A DNA stretch of 64,000 nt from Chrysomallon squamiferum (GCA_012295275.1 CM022670.1:30814001-30878000), one strand, 5' to 3'. Positions 45,707 to 58,744 are shown, numbered from the stretch's first letter. Numbers and translations are program-made. The notes: generated from the letters alone by a model not told the origin.

Positions 45707-47967
45707 AGCAGGTATCTGCTGTTCTCTGCTACTGGTATTAAATGGAATGAAAAATGACACAATGGCTAAATGTTCCACAGAACAAAATAAAAAAAATACT
45801 GCATGGACAGCAAAGCATGATACTATTATTATCTGACATGATACAGACAAGAAAAACAGTAACAGTACAATCAATAATGAACTGGTAACAACACAAACAA
45901 CACAACGAATATTGCACATGCTCCTGATACTTTGTCTAACACTAGTAGCTTATTTAAAATCAATTTATATCAAAGAACACAAATTATTAATTTTAAAATT
46001 AATTACATTCCATGTACAAAAGGTCAAGCAAAGGTTACTGCAGGAGAAACCAGTTTAAGTTATTTTCTTGTTTATTTTATTCAAACAAGGATTTTGATAT
46101 TGAACCAAACTCTATTTAGAATACCAAACATTGATCACAGATTAGACAACTGAACTGTCGTCAAACACTGATCTATTCAGTTAATGTTGAATCCCAAAGC
46201 TTAGTCAGTTCAACTAAACTGGTATGAATACCAAACCCGATAATTTCAACAAAGCTATTGTATATATGCTCATCATCTAATTAATAATGAGCAACAGTTA
46301 AACAAGTACATAAAAAAACAAAACAAAAAAACATACCCTTAATTTGTTTTGTTTTTTAATAAAAAGTTCATATTAAAATGACTCGGTTAAAATAATTAGT
46401 AATTAAGTAAATGATATATATCTGTACTGAAATTGTTATAATCTGATTATGTGTAAGTAAGTGTTTCAGTTAATAGTGAACATTATTATCTGTGGATATG
46501 CAAATAAATGTCCTGTTAAATATATAACTGAAGATCTAAACTATTTCTTGTATCATTCAGTGCGTAAATTATTCAAGTGAACATTAAAAGTGATTATCAG
46601 AGTATGTGTGTTATTAAAGATTTAATTAAATATATAACTGAACACAAAATCTTTTATATTTGTGTATATGGAATTAAATATTCATATAAATATATAAAAA
46701 AAACTATGCAAATGGAAATGGGAATGTATTATGCAGAACAAATTATTTATATTTTAATTGATTTAAATAATAATATTTTAATAAAGCTCCTTGAAAACAA
46801 CCATCACAAAATCTTTAACTGTTTATGCTTCTGCAAGGCTTCACATTTACAAACATGCTGCAACACTGCAAAAATCAACAATGTACTTTCTGTCTGAAAA
46901 TTGTTTTCCCATCAACAATGAAATACATTTAGCCTAACTATCCCCTTTTATAGAATAGCTTTCCAAAAATCAATGTATAAAACTAATGAATTATCATAAT
47001 TACCATCTACTACAATATTTTATTTTGAGGCTGAATTTGAAATACTTTGACTTACATAATAACAGCTTCATAATTTCTAACATGATTTTCTGATTAAATT
47101 TTCAAAATCAAAAACTGCTTCACATAGAATTAATTTTGTTTGTATATATATATATATTTATAATTGCATTAAAAAATTTCATAAAGCTGAACATAACTCT
47201 TTAATTTCAACTGGAAATGTTTTCATAATAGTTTTATCATATGGTTCCTAGTTAATTTATTTTCACAGCCAATGGAAAAATCACAAATTTAAAAAACAAA
47301 TTATCTTAATTTTATCAATCTGTAATCAGTGGTCCAAAATAATTTTTTTTGCTGTAAATATAAATGTGGAAACGATGGAAGAATGAATGAAAACAGTATT
47401 AAACAATAATTATTATATTCATACACTGTACAGTTACTTGATTATTTCAGAAAACAGTAAACTGTACACTGCTAATACTAGAACTTAATATGTACAAATT
47501 ATTAAGAGTGTATGAAACAAATATGTATTAGCACTAAGAAATATGTAATAAATAAATAAATAAATAAGTACATAACTAACAATTAAAATGTGAAACATGA
47601 TATACTATATATAACTCTATAAAGGATTATTTACATTCCATATTCTTAAAAATATATTTTAAAAGAGAAATATCCAAAAAGACATTTATAAAGTTAACCT
47701 TTATAATTTGATTTTTTATGTATTAAATACAATAACATAAAAATGAACAATGGAAATACTTCATCTAAAAAATGAACATTAAAACATAACACTAAGTATT
47801 TTGATATTGATTTGAAATATGATTTATAATCTGTTGATAAATAATTTTGTTTGATTAATGCAATAAATCAGATTTATGATGACATTTTAGTTTCTTGACC
47901 AACTTGATATTCTGAAAGAAAAATATCACTAGTATCTTCTGCAGTTTTGATTTCGATATATATCTAA

Positions 47968-48008
<41 letters not shown>

Positions 48009-48893
48009 TAACAATAAAAAACAAAACTGATTTATTATTATTTTACACAACAAAAAATAATGATAATAAAATAATTAAATAAACAAAAAAAAAAAATAAT
48101 AATAATATAACTTCTAAAAATGTAAACAAAAACAACCAAAAAAATACATTATAAGAATACTTGAAGTTGTAAGTTCTTGGTCCATACAACACAAAAGAGA
48201 AATTTTCTCAGAACTCTTTAAAACATGTCATAACACCAGCAGACTAAACAGAACTTAATTAATACATCAGAGAGTACCAATTTAACACTCAAGTCTGGAC
48301 CATATTATAGCAAAAACAATAACACACAATTTGTCTGCTTTTTAGACTCGGTACAAAGTCTTCAGCTTTTGATTTTAAAGTTTTATAAGCAACTGGCTTT
48401 GTCTCTTCTTCATAAAGCTTTTCAAAGACAAAGTCTGAAGTAATCTTTAAGAAATGTAAAGTTTTAATCAGTATTTATCCAAATTTATTCCATTATAGTT
48501 TGGAAAAAAATGTTTAATGATACTTTTGTAATTATACCTATGAATTTGCTCAAAATGGAAATTTTAAATAAATAAATAAATAAATTAAAAATTAATTAAT
48601 ACCTACAATAAAAAAAAAAAAATTAAAAATGTAATGTGAATTATTTTTTTAAGAACCCAACAAATCAATAAATGAAGAAGAAAAAAAGAAAACAAGTTAT
48701 AAATTTTTGTGCATTGCAAAGAAACATACACATAAATACATTAGTATTATTTAGCAGCTGACAAAAACATTTTAAAAACAAACATCACAACCGTAGAAGA
48801 TTCATAAACAAAATTTTAATATGTAATGAAAACATTTTACAGAAAGTAATGCAATTTAAAAAAACAACAAACAACAACAACAACAACAACATC

Positions 48894-48924
<31 letters not shown>

Positions 48925-51760
48925 ATTCCAATTTAAAATAAGAAATCATGGCATCAGTTAAATCATTTGCAAGCAGAAAAGTGATAAAAATATAACTACA
49001 GTATACGTAGACATTTCACATGATTTTCTTATCTGGTGGACTGAAAAATCTGTAAAATATATATTTATACATTAATTTTCATCTACCAACACAAACATGT
49101 ATATTTTAACATTTTAAAATATTTTCATGTAAGACATCTATGCACTGAATTATTATGTTCATCTTGTTATACTTACTGCATGCAGTGAACCAACAGAAAC
49201 ACTGTTGGATACTATTATGTTATATACAATTCTTCCAAATAGGTACACAAAAATTTTAGTCTAAAACATGCTACATAAAAATAATAGACAATATATTGTA
49301 AAATTCAAATCTATGAAAATATTAACTGAAATACAATATTAAGTAGCAATAACAAATTAAAACCTGTTCTTTATAACTGATTCAGTATATTATTGTCACT
49401 GGATTTTGAACTTAGCATTTTAATTTAATATTTTTACAAAGGGGTTTCAGTCTAGTGTTTAGCTTACTCACCAATTTATACAATGCATTAAGAATGAAAA
49501 TCAGTATGGACTGGTTATATTCTTGTTATTATACACATTTCAGTTTAAATTTTTAGACATTTTTTTTTTTCGTTTCTTATGTTTAATTATTCATTTTTAT
49601 TTGATAGTAATAAATGTAAAAAGGTTTCCTTTATTCATCTTCTATATCATGCAGAATATAATATTAGTTAAATTGTAATATATATTTATGTATGAATATT
49701 TACTTTGGATGTTATTTAAATAAACCTTTTTACTGGACTCATCAAAGGGATGTTGTTTATAAAAGGAGTTTTATTTCCACTTAAGAACAATGGCCCATCT
49801 GCACAGTGATATCCTTGTAATTATTAACTTGTCACTGATTTCAGAATCACACCATCACAGAAATCAACTTTTTTTTTTTTAAATTTCAAACAGAAATTTT
49901 TATTATATTGTACACCAGGCAGATCAAAAAATAAGATATTTTTAATGATTTGCTCCACATTTACCATTTCATCAGTTTCATTTTGATTATTTTATTTTAT
50001 TTTTAATAGAAGAATCTAGTGGGTATTTCATACTGTAAAAAAAGATGAGAAATAATTTAATGTTGACAATATAACCAAGTCAATTTGTATGATTCTAAGT
50101 TCAATAGCAATGAGTAGCTGTAGTGGTGTTAAAGTTTTCAGACAAAACAACACATGATAAGAAACAATGACTACAAATTTAGCTGATAGCTAAGTCATCC
50201 AATAGCACCTGTACAGTTATAAAAGATATATACATGTATCAAACACTGTTCAGTGTAACAGCCCTCACATTCCTGAGAAACAGCACTGATTCCTAGCCTT
50301 CTTGTGAGTCATATCTGTATACCATGATACTGGTTCCCACATCTGAACCACTGCAATGTTTCACATATCTTTAACATAACAGTGGTTCCCTTATCCACAC
50401 CATATATGGTTTACACACCTGAACCATAATGTTGATATTGGGGCACCTGTCCAAAGACAGTGGTTCAGGTTTCTGAGTCATGAATATGGTTCATATATTA
50501 CAGAGGTTCACATACCTGAACTATGACAGTGGTTCACATTTCTATATCATGAAAGTTGTTTACATTTCTAAAACTGTTTTATTTCCTAAATTAAGCCAGG
50601 ATCCAATAATGTTTGGCTTAGCAATTTACTAAGAGCTAAATTCACCATACATTCAGCTTAAGAAGTTGTCCATAATGAAATGTGGAAAATATTTCTTAAA
50701 TGCTGGATATTGCCAGAGGTTTTGATTCGTCATTTTATGATGAGTGGAATTAAAAATATAAAATATATGGCATTATAAATATCATATAAAAATGTGGTGC
50801 CTGTCAAAGTGGGAATATTATTAAATGCAAAAATAAGAAACCTGAGTATGAAATGCAAAAGCTAATGCTCTGGAAGTCTGAAAATATTAATTAAAATTTT
50901 AAAATAATAATAATTATGATTATTATTATTATTATTATTTCTGGGATTTGTTAATATCAGTTAACATATATTACCTGATATAGATATTTAAAAAAATATA
51001 TATATATAATATTAGTATTATTTTAATTTTAATATAACTTTGTTTTGTTGTTGGCAAGATAAAAATCATGAAATATGGAACAAACTGCCTCAAGGAATAC
51101 TTTCCACCGATGAAAAACATCTTTAAGCTTATCACAACTGATTGAACATTAAATTTAGTTAATTTTATAAGCAAACATCTAAAGAATTTATGCAGCTAAA
51201 TGCTCAAATTTTAATAATTGTTGATGTCAAGAAGACAAAACGTAGGAAGCAAAATCCAGCAAAGTGCAATAAAATATTATAAGAGTATTCTGTATGCACC
51301 ATAAATATATTCTTAACCATAATTTTCGGTGCCTTTGTTGCCTAAGCTGAGGTCCTTTATCTTTATCTAATTGTTTTGGCATCGTTCTCCTTTCACTTGT
51401 TCCTTGCCATTTGGCTTAACACCAGCACGTTCTGTATCTCTGATTTCTATTTTAATCCGAGTAACTTTGCTAATATGGTTTAATTTCACAGATATTTTAA
51501 ATGTAAGTATGTACACTTTCGGTAACATATTAAGTTATTGTTTTGTATTTTTTGTTAGTTCTTTTCTTCCCTTATTTATTTTTTAATTTTTGTAACTGTT
51601 TTACTTTTGTTAATGCTGTTGATGTTGTGTTCTCTTCATTATTATTTTTACATTATTTTATTTTTTTTATATATATATATATATTGTATTGTTCTTATTA
51701 CTTTATCTTATTTCTGATTGTCACCAACATTCATCAGCTGAGTTAGTTGTATTGGTTGTA
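45680..51760 (-). other. Putative long 3' UTR (about 6 kb) of the EGFLAM-like gene
   Basis: CpG depletion continues from the gene body to about 45.5 kb, the minus strand is U-rich, and a distal AATAAA is followed by a GU/U-rich element. Confidence 0.45.
50315..50575. repeat. Degenerate about 26 bp minisatellite (consensus near ATGACAGTGGTTCACATATCTGAACC), roughly 9-10 copies
   Basis: Recurring gtggttc/ggttcaca/ctgaacca/catga motifs at about 26 bp spacing. Confidence 0.75.
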
Positions 51761-51915
51761 TCACACACTGACACACTCATACACATTCCTGCCACTCTGT
51801 GCTTGTCTCATCAGCTTCACTTTGAAGTCTGTGGCCAGCGTGAAGTCATGAATACATCCAATGTAACCTGAATGAAATTTGCCAATTGTTTTCTGGGTTA
51901 TATCAGGCATGCCAC
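51761..51915 (-). CDS. EGFLAM: EGFLAM-like last coding exon (LamG3 end, stop)
   Basis: ttgtag acceptor; GGMPDITQKTIGKFHSGYIGCIHDFTLATDFKVKLMRQAQSGRNVYECVSV then TGA. Confidence 0.92.
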
Positions 51916-52644
51916 CTACAATAAAATACAAAAACAATAGTTGCAAATTTTTATATTCATAGAGTCAGATATAAGTTATTATTATTGTTAGCTGTCAATT
52001 TATTAGAATATAATTTAAAAGATTTATTTGGATTTATTTTAGTATTCTACCCTAAAATCCAAAATAGAAAAACAAAACTTTTGTCTTATGTCAGAAGTTG
52101 GCATCACACATTATTTCATATTTCAAAATTGAAAAGGTTAATCATTCTGAAAAAGATAGTATCCTTTTCAAAAACTGGTATCTTTTTATCATATATATGA
52201 TTGTAATAAACATAAATAATTACCAACACAGTACTTACCACCAGAATAAAGCAAGTTCTTACCAATACAGAGCAAATCAAGTACTTACCAACATAGAGTA
52301 TTTTGTTAGTGTTGAGCATTGTGTAACTTCCTGGGGCACTGCCTTCAACTATCTCACTTCCATCTATCTCCAAATAGGCATCCTGCTTGTCCCTACACAA
52401 CAAATCAGTTTATTATCATCATTGTATATAACATAGTATGTTTTATTTATATATATATCTCCTTTAAAATAGACTTCACAAAATCAAAGCAAAGATATAT
52501 GCTTTGCTATCCATGAGATGATGTTTATAAAAGATCACCTAATCAATAACAGAATCTCTTCACTGTTCAAACACTTACAAAAGTTATAAGATAAAATAGA
52601 ATTCAACAATTTATTTCTTATCTAATTTCATACACACACACACA

Positions 52645-52687
<43 letters not shown>

Positions 52688-55600
52688 CTTTTATTTCCCA
52701 TTGGATGATACTTCTACATTTGTTCTCTAACTTATGTACTTATAAGCTTTGCATGCTTCAATGAAACACATCACTGATGAGCAAGTAAACTGGTAAAAAT
52801 GTATTGATTTTATAGAAATAATTAATAGAAATCTTCATTCCCCAATGATATTGATAAAACACATACACATACACATTAAATTTCTGCAGTGGCATTCAGT
52901 GAAATGTTGACAATAATACTCAAGAAAAGTACATGAATAAATAACAAATGAATACTGAATAATTCACTATGCATTTCTAATGAATTCAAAACAGGAATGA
53001 GCATATAATGAGTAACTGCAAATGGTTGAAAATGTGTTTAAAGCCATAATTGTATTATATAACCAAGCCAAGTTTGACTTGTTAAGTCTTATATTATTGT
53101 TTTAATATTAATTAACAGCTGAAGTTATAGGTAAATATATTTAATATTACAGGAATATCTATGTAAGAGAACCCCCCCCAAAAGGTCTATGGTTTAACAA
53201 TGTTAATTTTTAGGCTTTAATTTTTTGAACTGTTAATGAAAAAATTACCCTAGTTTCTTCAAATATAAATACATGAAAATATTAAAAAAGGAATCAAATT
53301 ACAGTACAAACTAATTCTTATTATCAAAGGCAGATAACTCTTGTTATGAAACTAAATAGGCAAACTTATTCAGTTACTAACTTTTCCAGCAAACTGATTA
53401 TCCTTTTTTTTTTTTTAGTTTAACTAAATTACTAATTATCTATTTCAGTTTGAATATATCAGATTATCAATTTAAATGTAGACCATTTAGTAATGTAAAA
53501 CCTTAAGCTAAAATGTATCAAATACTTTGTTCATAAATCTTATTTTAGAACATACAGAAAAAATATATTCTGATGTCTTTTAAGAAATAAATATGTACAA
53601 TAAATTTAAACAAAAAGAAGAATGGCCAAAGGTACAGATAACTGAACCTTAACCAAATTAGTATAAACAAAATTATATAATCATTTATAATCTGGTTGCA
53701 TTAAAGCCAGTGTTTCAAAGGTGAAACATTATTACCATTTTGGGATCAATGATGAGGCAGTAAAGATAATTAATTTGCCATTTCTCTCATCTTTCACAGT
53801 TATTTAAATCAAAGTTCTTTACAAGTCTTCTTGAATTACTGGTAAGAACAGGGAGTTATGGGGTGACAAGAATTTGGTGAACGATAACAGTTTGGAAACA
53901 ATTGCAATAAACAGATCTTCAGTTTAAAATAATTATTATGTGACAGTGAAAAATTTCTGAATATCTCTATCCACACACACACACACACACACGGTGTGCA
54001 TCACTGTTAAATGTTAGTTTTACCTCTGAGCTCTAATAAAATGCCACTGGCCATCAAAAAGTCTTGAATCATTGTATCCAATCACTGCTTCTCCACTGCC
54101 AAGGTTATATCTGAACTGAAGACCTCCATTTACAAAGCCAAGAGCTATGAAATCACTGGATGATGTCATTGTATCCTGACCACTCCAGAACAGAAGTCCA
54201 TTTTTATCTTGTGGTTTTATGTGAAACTGGACATCAATTCTGTCACCTGTTATTCTGATTTTGAAAAATAAAATAAATTAAAATAATTAAAGCTTTAATA
54301 ATGAGTGGTAGCATCTCTAATGATGAGAGTAATGAATTACTAAGGATGAATACTTGTATGACATTAAGATAATATTAACAGCATTAAAATAATACTTAAA
54401 TTCAAATATAAAATAATATTATTAAAAATATTATATGATGAAAATATAGATTCATATATTTTATTACATATAAATTTTTTTTTTTTTAAATAAAACAAAA
54501 AAAAGAAAACCTTTTAAAAAATAGTTTACAGTCAGATTCAATGTTCCTAATAAGAACATAACAAACCTTGTAATACAATGAACAGTAATATATAAACAAA
54601 GTTAATTCAAATCAAAGAAAACTCAATTTAATGTTTAGTTTAACAATATGCATCTATAAAGAACAATCAAAAAAGTATCTTGATATAAATTAATTTCTAG
54701 TAAATTTCTTACCTTTTTAAAATATTCTTGTTTGTGAACATGAGAAAACTTGTTCCAATAAACATTGGGATTTCAGGTAATCTTGTCATTTCTAAAAATA
54801 ATAATAATCATAATTAATACCATTATTTACATAAAACTAGAAGATTCAATAAATTTAATATTCATTTTAATATTCATGAACATAACTATCACACACAAAT
54901 TCTAACACAATCAATGAAAGTGAAGTAACTTACATCAGTCACATTTATTTACAAATAAACAAGTTTGAAACATATGCTTATCAGAGTCTTCTGATTATAA
55001 AAGTAAAATGTGCCATATTCAAACAAAACATTTTTCACTATAAAATATGTAATTATTATTGTACCTATTATTTGTTACATAGAATTGTTGTGCTGTGAGA
55101 TTTAACAGCACCAAGTTATTTTAGGTCTCATCTTCAATTGTAATTTAAAAATCTTTGTTCATAATGTGTAAATTAAATAAACAGTAAACAACTTATCTTA
55201 TACTGCCTGATATCAGTAATCAGTATTATAGTATCTTACAAAATGTCACAAACAAAGTCTAGAAAAGTAAATCATTTTTTTTCTAAAACTCACTATCTTC
55301 ACAGTTTGTGTTGGTGAAGCCAAGTGGACAATAACAGGTGTAGACATCATGATGTGGTACACATTCTCCACCATTCATACATGGATCTCCAGCACATGGG
55401 TGTCCACATGCCTCTATGTTCACTCCATCCAACATCTCCTTCATAAGTTTCAGCTGTCTCTTGTTTATCACAACCTGAACAAAATAACATTCACAAACCA
55501 TTATCACAATCTAAGTGATATATTAAATAAATAAACTGTCAACAGGTAAAAAAAAAAAAAAATTATTATCACTAATTTATAATATTTTATATAAGGCACT

Positions 55601-58600
55601 GAATTACTATTGATTCGTCCACTGGTCTTTAAAACAAAACAAAAAAACACAAAAAGATAAACAAATTAGCATTTTCCGAATAAAAATACAAGTCACTTTT
55701 TTTAAAGCCATGTTCATAAACACAAGTAAGTTTTCCTGCTGAATGTCTCAAAAAGAATCATGTAACTAGACTCAGTTTACATACAAATTTTCTTTTAGTG
55801 ATGATGATAACTTTTACAAATAGCCTAGATATTATTTTAGTGAGTTATTGTTTATATGATTCTCATGGACTCAGTTCATAAACTTATTTTGCACCAAGGG
55901 AACAAAGGATCTATTTAAATTTTGAGAGTTGTAGGCCTATATCATATTCAATTATTTTTTATAATTTTTTGTGTTTTTAATATTTAGGCTGAATACAAAA
56001 ATATATTTTTTTCTAATATAGAATAGGAAGAAGAAAAAACAGCGTGCTATTTTTAAAAATTCATGGGCAAACCTTTTGAATACATCCAGCAAAAGACTGT
56101 GATACATTGGCATATTTTGATGTTTTATCAAAGTTCTTGTGTCCACCAACAAACAGAGATTTCATCAGAGTGAGCTGTGTGTATGCTCCCTGTGCATCCC
56201 CCTCTGTCTTGGGCTGATCATCTATCTGCAGTATACCCTGCAGTCCTGTTCGAGAAGCACGCACAACATGCCATACGTTCATTGTCAGTGGTTTTAAACT
56301 CCTGTAAGTCAATACAATGTGTTTAATGTGTTCTAGTCAACTTAAAAACTTACAGAAAGATGTGTTAAAGTGCATATTGTGAGGAAACCTTTTACCATAT
56401 GGATACACTGCTTTTGCTAAATGTAATTTTTTTATAGAAATAATTAAAAATTAAAATTAATAAATAAATTTGTAAAATTTGAAAGTTCCATAATTCCAAT
56501 TGTTGTTTTAGACAAATAAACCATTTGACAAATTAATAGAATATATTTTATTTCTAAACATACAATCCAGTTTTATTTCATATTCTAAAATAAATTTGAA
56601 TTTTAAGCAAAACTTTCAGTTTTATTTCAAATTTAGAAACATGAAACTGATATATAAATCAATTCCCAAATAACTACACAAAAACAATTATTTTAATTAC
56701 AATAACATAACTTCTTGTTTTATATTCCTACCTGAGAACTGCTGGCCCAGTGCCAAGATCAAAGCGAAATTCCAAGAATCCTTCCTTCATTGCCAGAGAA
56801 ATAAAATCTCCAACCCTGTCATGAGTATATCCATTATACAGAATCAAACCCTCAGGATGAGATGGTTTCAGTACTACCTCTATATCAGTGTAAGACAAAA
56901 CCTTCCTGTCCAGCCCTTTATACATTAAATAGGAATGTCCTCCAAACTTAGGTATTTTAACTTCTGCACCTGTAAAAAGAAATCAATTATACTACTTTAC
57001 TATTACACTGAATAATGCTACTACTAATCACATAATGAAAAGCTAATTAACAGGTGTATCTGAAAGCAACTCATAAGCAAACCACCTTATTAAAATTACG
57101 ACTTGTGACAATGGTAAAAAGTAAAGCTGGGGTTTTAAAAACATGTATTGTGATATTTGATGACATCAGCAAAATATAAATCTCGGGTTTCTTTTAATAT
57201 AGATTAGCTATATTAGAAAAAAATGTTAAAATTTTGTACCTGTTTCTTTTCCTTTATTACCATCCCACTCTCTTTAATGTCGTAAGTTAATTTCAATTAC
57301 TGTAATGTGTTAGTTCACAGCCCACCAAGTACAATTCAAATATAAAAGAAGTATTCCTGATTTTCAATTAATTAAGATATAACTTCGTTTAAAATTACTT
57401 TTAAAATTTAAATGGTTCTGAATTTACATTAAAATGACTATAACAGATTACAAATTCTTACGTTTTTGACAGAAATCGCCTGCAGTACCAAGTGGACATA
57501 AACAAACATGTGCATCAGCTGATCGTGGCTGGCAAGTTCCTCCATTCTGACAGAGAATATTGTCACAGATCCCTTCACTACACTCACCTGAACAATACAA
57601 AAAATACATTAAAATAAATCTTTAATTTATAATAATAATAACAATCACAACTACTATTCTTATTACTGTCGCGATTATGATTATGATTATTATTAATTTT
57701 TTTTGTTTTGTTGTTGTTTTGGGGTTTTTTGTTGTTGGTGGTAATAATGATTTTGTTTTAATATATTATAAGTATCAAGTTTTAAATTAGTAATTTGTAA
57801 ATTAAACATAATCCATGCAATAAAGATTAATTAATAATTTTTCCAAAAATGAAATAATAAAAATTATAACATTAAAACAAAATCTTCAATATTATTTCCT
57901 TTTTATTAAAACAAAACATGCATAAAGAACTTCATGACAGAAAAATAAGTGACATTTTTTTCTACACAGTAAAATGTTTTTCAAGTCAAGTGAGATTAAA
58001 ATTTTATAATCTTTTAGACAATTCTTAAATGTCTATGTGATAAAATCTAAATATTTCTTACCAACATTCATTCCATACTCAGAATCACCAACAAGGCTTC
58101 CTTTCCTCATGTCATATTTATAACCATTGATGATCAGCTCCTGAACACATCCTACAAATCTTTTTCTTGTCATGGTTCTAGTCAGTATGGCTGACATATT
58201 GGAGTACCCACCAAGGAAAAGATTTAGCCGAAGAGTAATGCGACTGTAAGCTCCCTGAAATAAAAAATATATGTTAAAAAATATTGTGCTAGTGATGTTA
58301 ATTTATAAGCAGTTTTATATTTCTATTAACTAAATAATTTTAGAAAAATGTTTTAACATACAAATTAAGATAAATCCACCGCAATGTGGACATACAAATG
58401 AATTAAAACACTATTAAATTCTGAATTATGAAAAATTATTAAATTAATTTTAAAGATATATTATTTTTTTTTTTTTTTAGAACCAAAATGATTTTAAAAA
58501 TCCCACAACGTTGAGCCTCAAATAAAGTGTTCATGGAGACCTCTGTAAAAGTTAACATTAAACCTAACTAGGAGTTCTTACCACATGATAAATATTCACC

Positions 58601-58744
58601 TTTGATTGTCCTTCAACTGGTTTCTGCTTGTTAACTTGAAGTCCACCTTTGTTTTCATCTCTCCAAACTGTCAGGTAATTCCATCTTCCAATGTTTACCT
58701 CACCTGTACTGCGTACCACTCCAAGTCCTGTACCACAGTCAAAG
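51761..58744 (-). CDS. EGFLAM: Pikachurin/EGFLAM-like LamG-EGF protein, 3' partial gene span (10 exons; 5' exons not found in window)
   Basis: Manual splicing gives one continuous frame with consistent intron phases. Domain order LamG-EGF-LamG-EGF-LamG-stop with a single EGF between LamG domains. Motifs FDCGTGLGVVRS, FRFDLGTGPAVLRS, GAYTQLTL, FRYNLGSG and GCI/GCV match the pikachurin/SP2353 family (agrin/perlecan C-terminal relatives). Confidence 0.85.
52289..52392 (-). CDS. EGFLAM: EGFLAM-like exon I (LamG3)
   Basis: gtgtag acceptor, G/gtaagt donor; DKQDAYLEIDGSEIVEGSAPGSYTMLNTNKILYV. Confidence 0.92.
54024..54254 (-). CDS. EGFLAM: EGFLAM-like exon H (LamG3)
   Basis: aatcag acceptor, AG/gtaaaa donor; ITGDRIDVQFHIKPQDKNGLLFWSGQDTMTSSSDFIALGFVNGGLQFRYNLGSGEAVIGYNDSRLFDGQWHFIRAQR. 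Confidence 0.94.
54713..54791 (-). CDS. EGFLAM: EGFLAM-like exon G (LamG3 start)
   Basis: ttttag acceptor, AG/gtaaga donor; KMTRLPEIPMFIGTSFLMFTNKNILKR (PxFxGxSFL LamG start motif). Confidence 0.9.
55294..55474 (-). CDS. EGFLAM: EGFLAM-like exon F (LamG2 end plus EGF-like domain)
   Basis: gttcag acceptor, gtgagt donor; VVINKRQLKLMKEMLDGVNIEACGHPCAGDPCMNGGECVPHHDVYTCYCPLGFTNTNCED. Confidence 0.94.
56073..56301 (-). CDS. EGFLAM: EGFLAM-like exon E (LamG2 second half)
   Basis: ttacag acceptor, AAG/gtttgc donor; SLKPLTMNVWHVVRASRTGLQGILQIDDQ...LFVGGHKNF...FAGCIQK. Confidence 0.93.
56732..56969 (-). CDS. EGFLAM: EGFLAM-like exon D (LamG2 first half)
   Basis: ttacag acceptor, gtagga donor; AEVKIPKFGGHSYLMYKGLDRKVLSYTDIEVVLKPSHPEGLILYNG...DFISLAMKEGFLEFRFDLGTGPAVLR. 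Confidence 0.94.
57462..57587 (-). CDS. EGFLAM: EGFLAM-like exon C (EGF-like domain)
   Basis: 126 nt phase 1-1 exon; GECSEGICDNILCQNGGTCQPRSADAHVCLCPLGTAGDFCQK with six-cysteine EGF spacing. Confidence 0.93.
58062..58254 (-). CDS. EGFLAM: EGFLAM-like exon B (LamG1 end)
   Basis: tttcag acceptor, gtaaga donor; GAYSRITLRLNLFLGGYSNMSAILTRTMTRKRFVGCVQELIINGYKYDMRKGSLVGDSEYGMNV. Confidence 0.92.
58600..58744 (-). CDS. EGFLAM: EGFLAM-like exon A (LamG1 middle)
   Basis: ttgtag acceptor, AAG/gtgaat donor; FDCGTGLGVVRSTGEVNIGRWNYLTVWRDENKGGLQVNKQKPVEGQSK. Confidence 0.9.

Noticed and set aside
50315-50575. Regularly spaced palindromic repeats as a CRISPR-like array
   Set aside because: Eukaryotic context, degenerate contiguous units without unique spacers, no cas genes.
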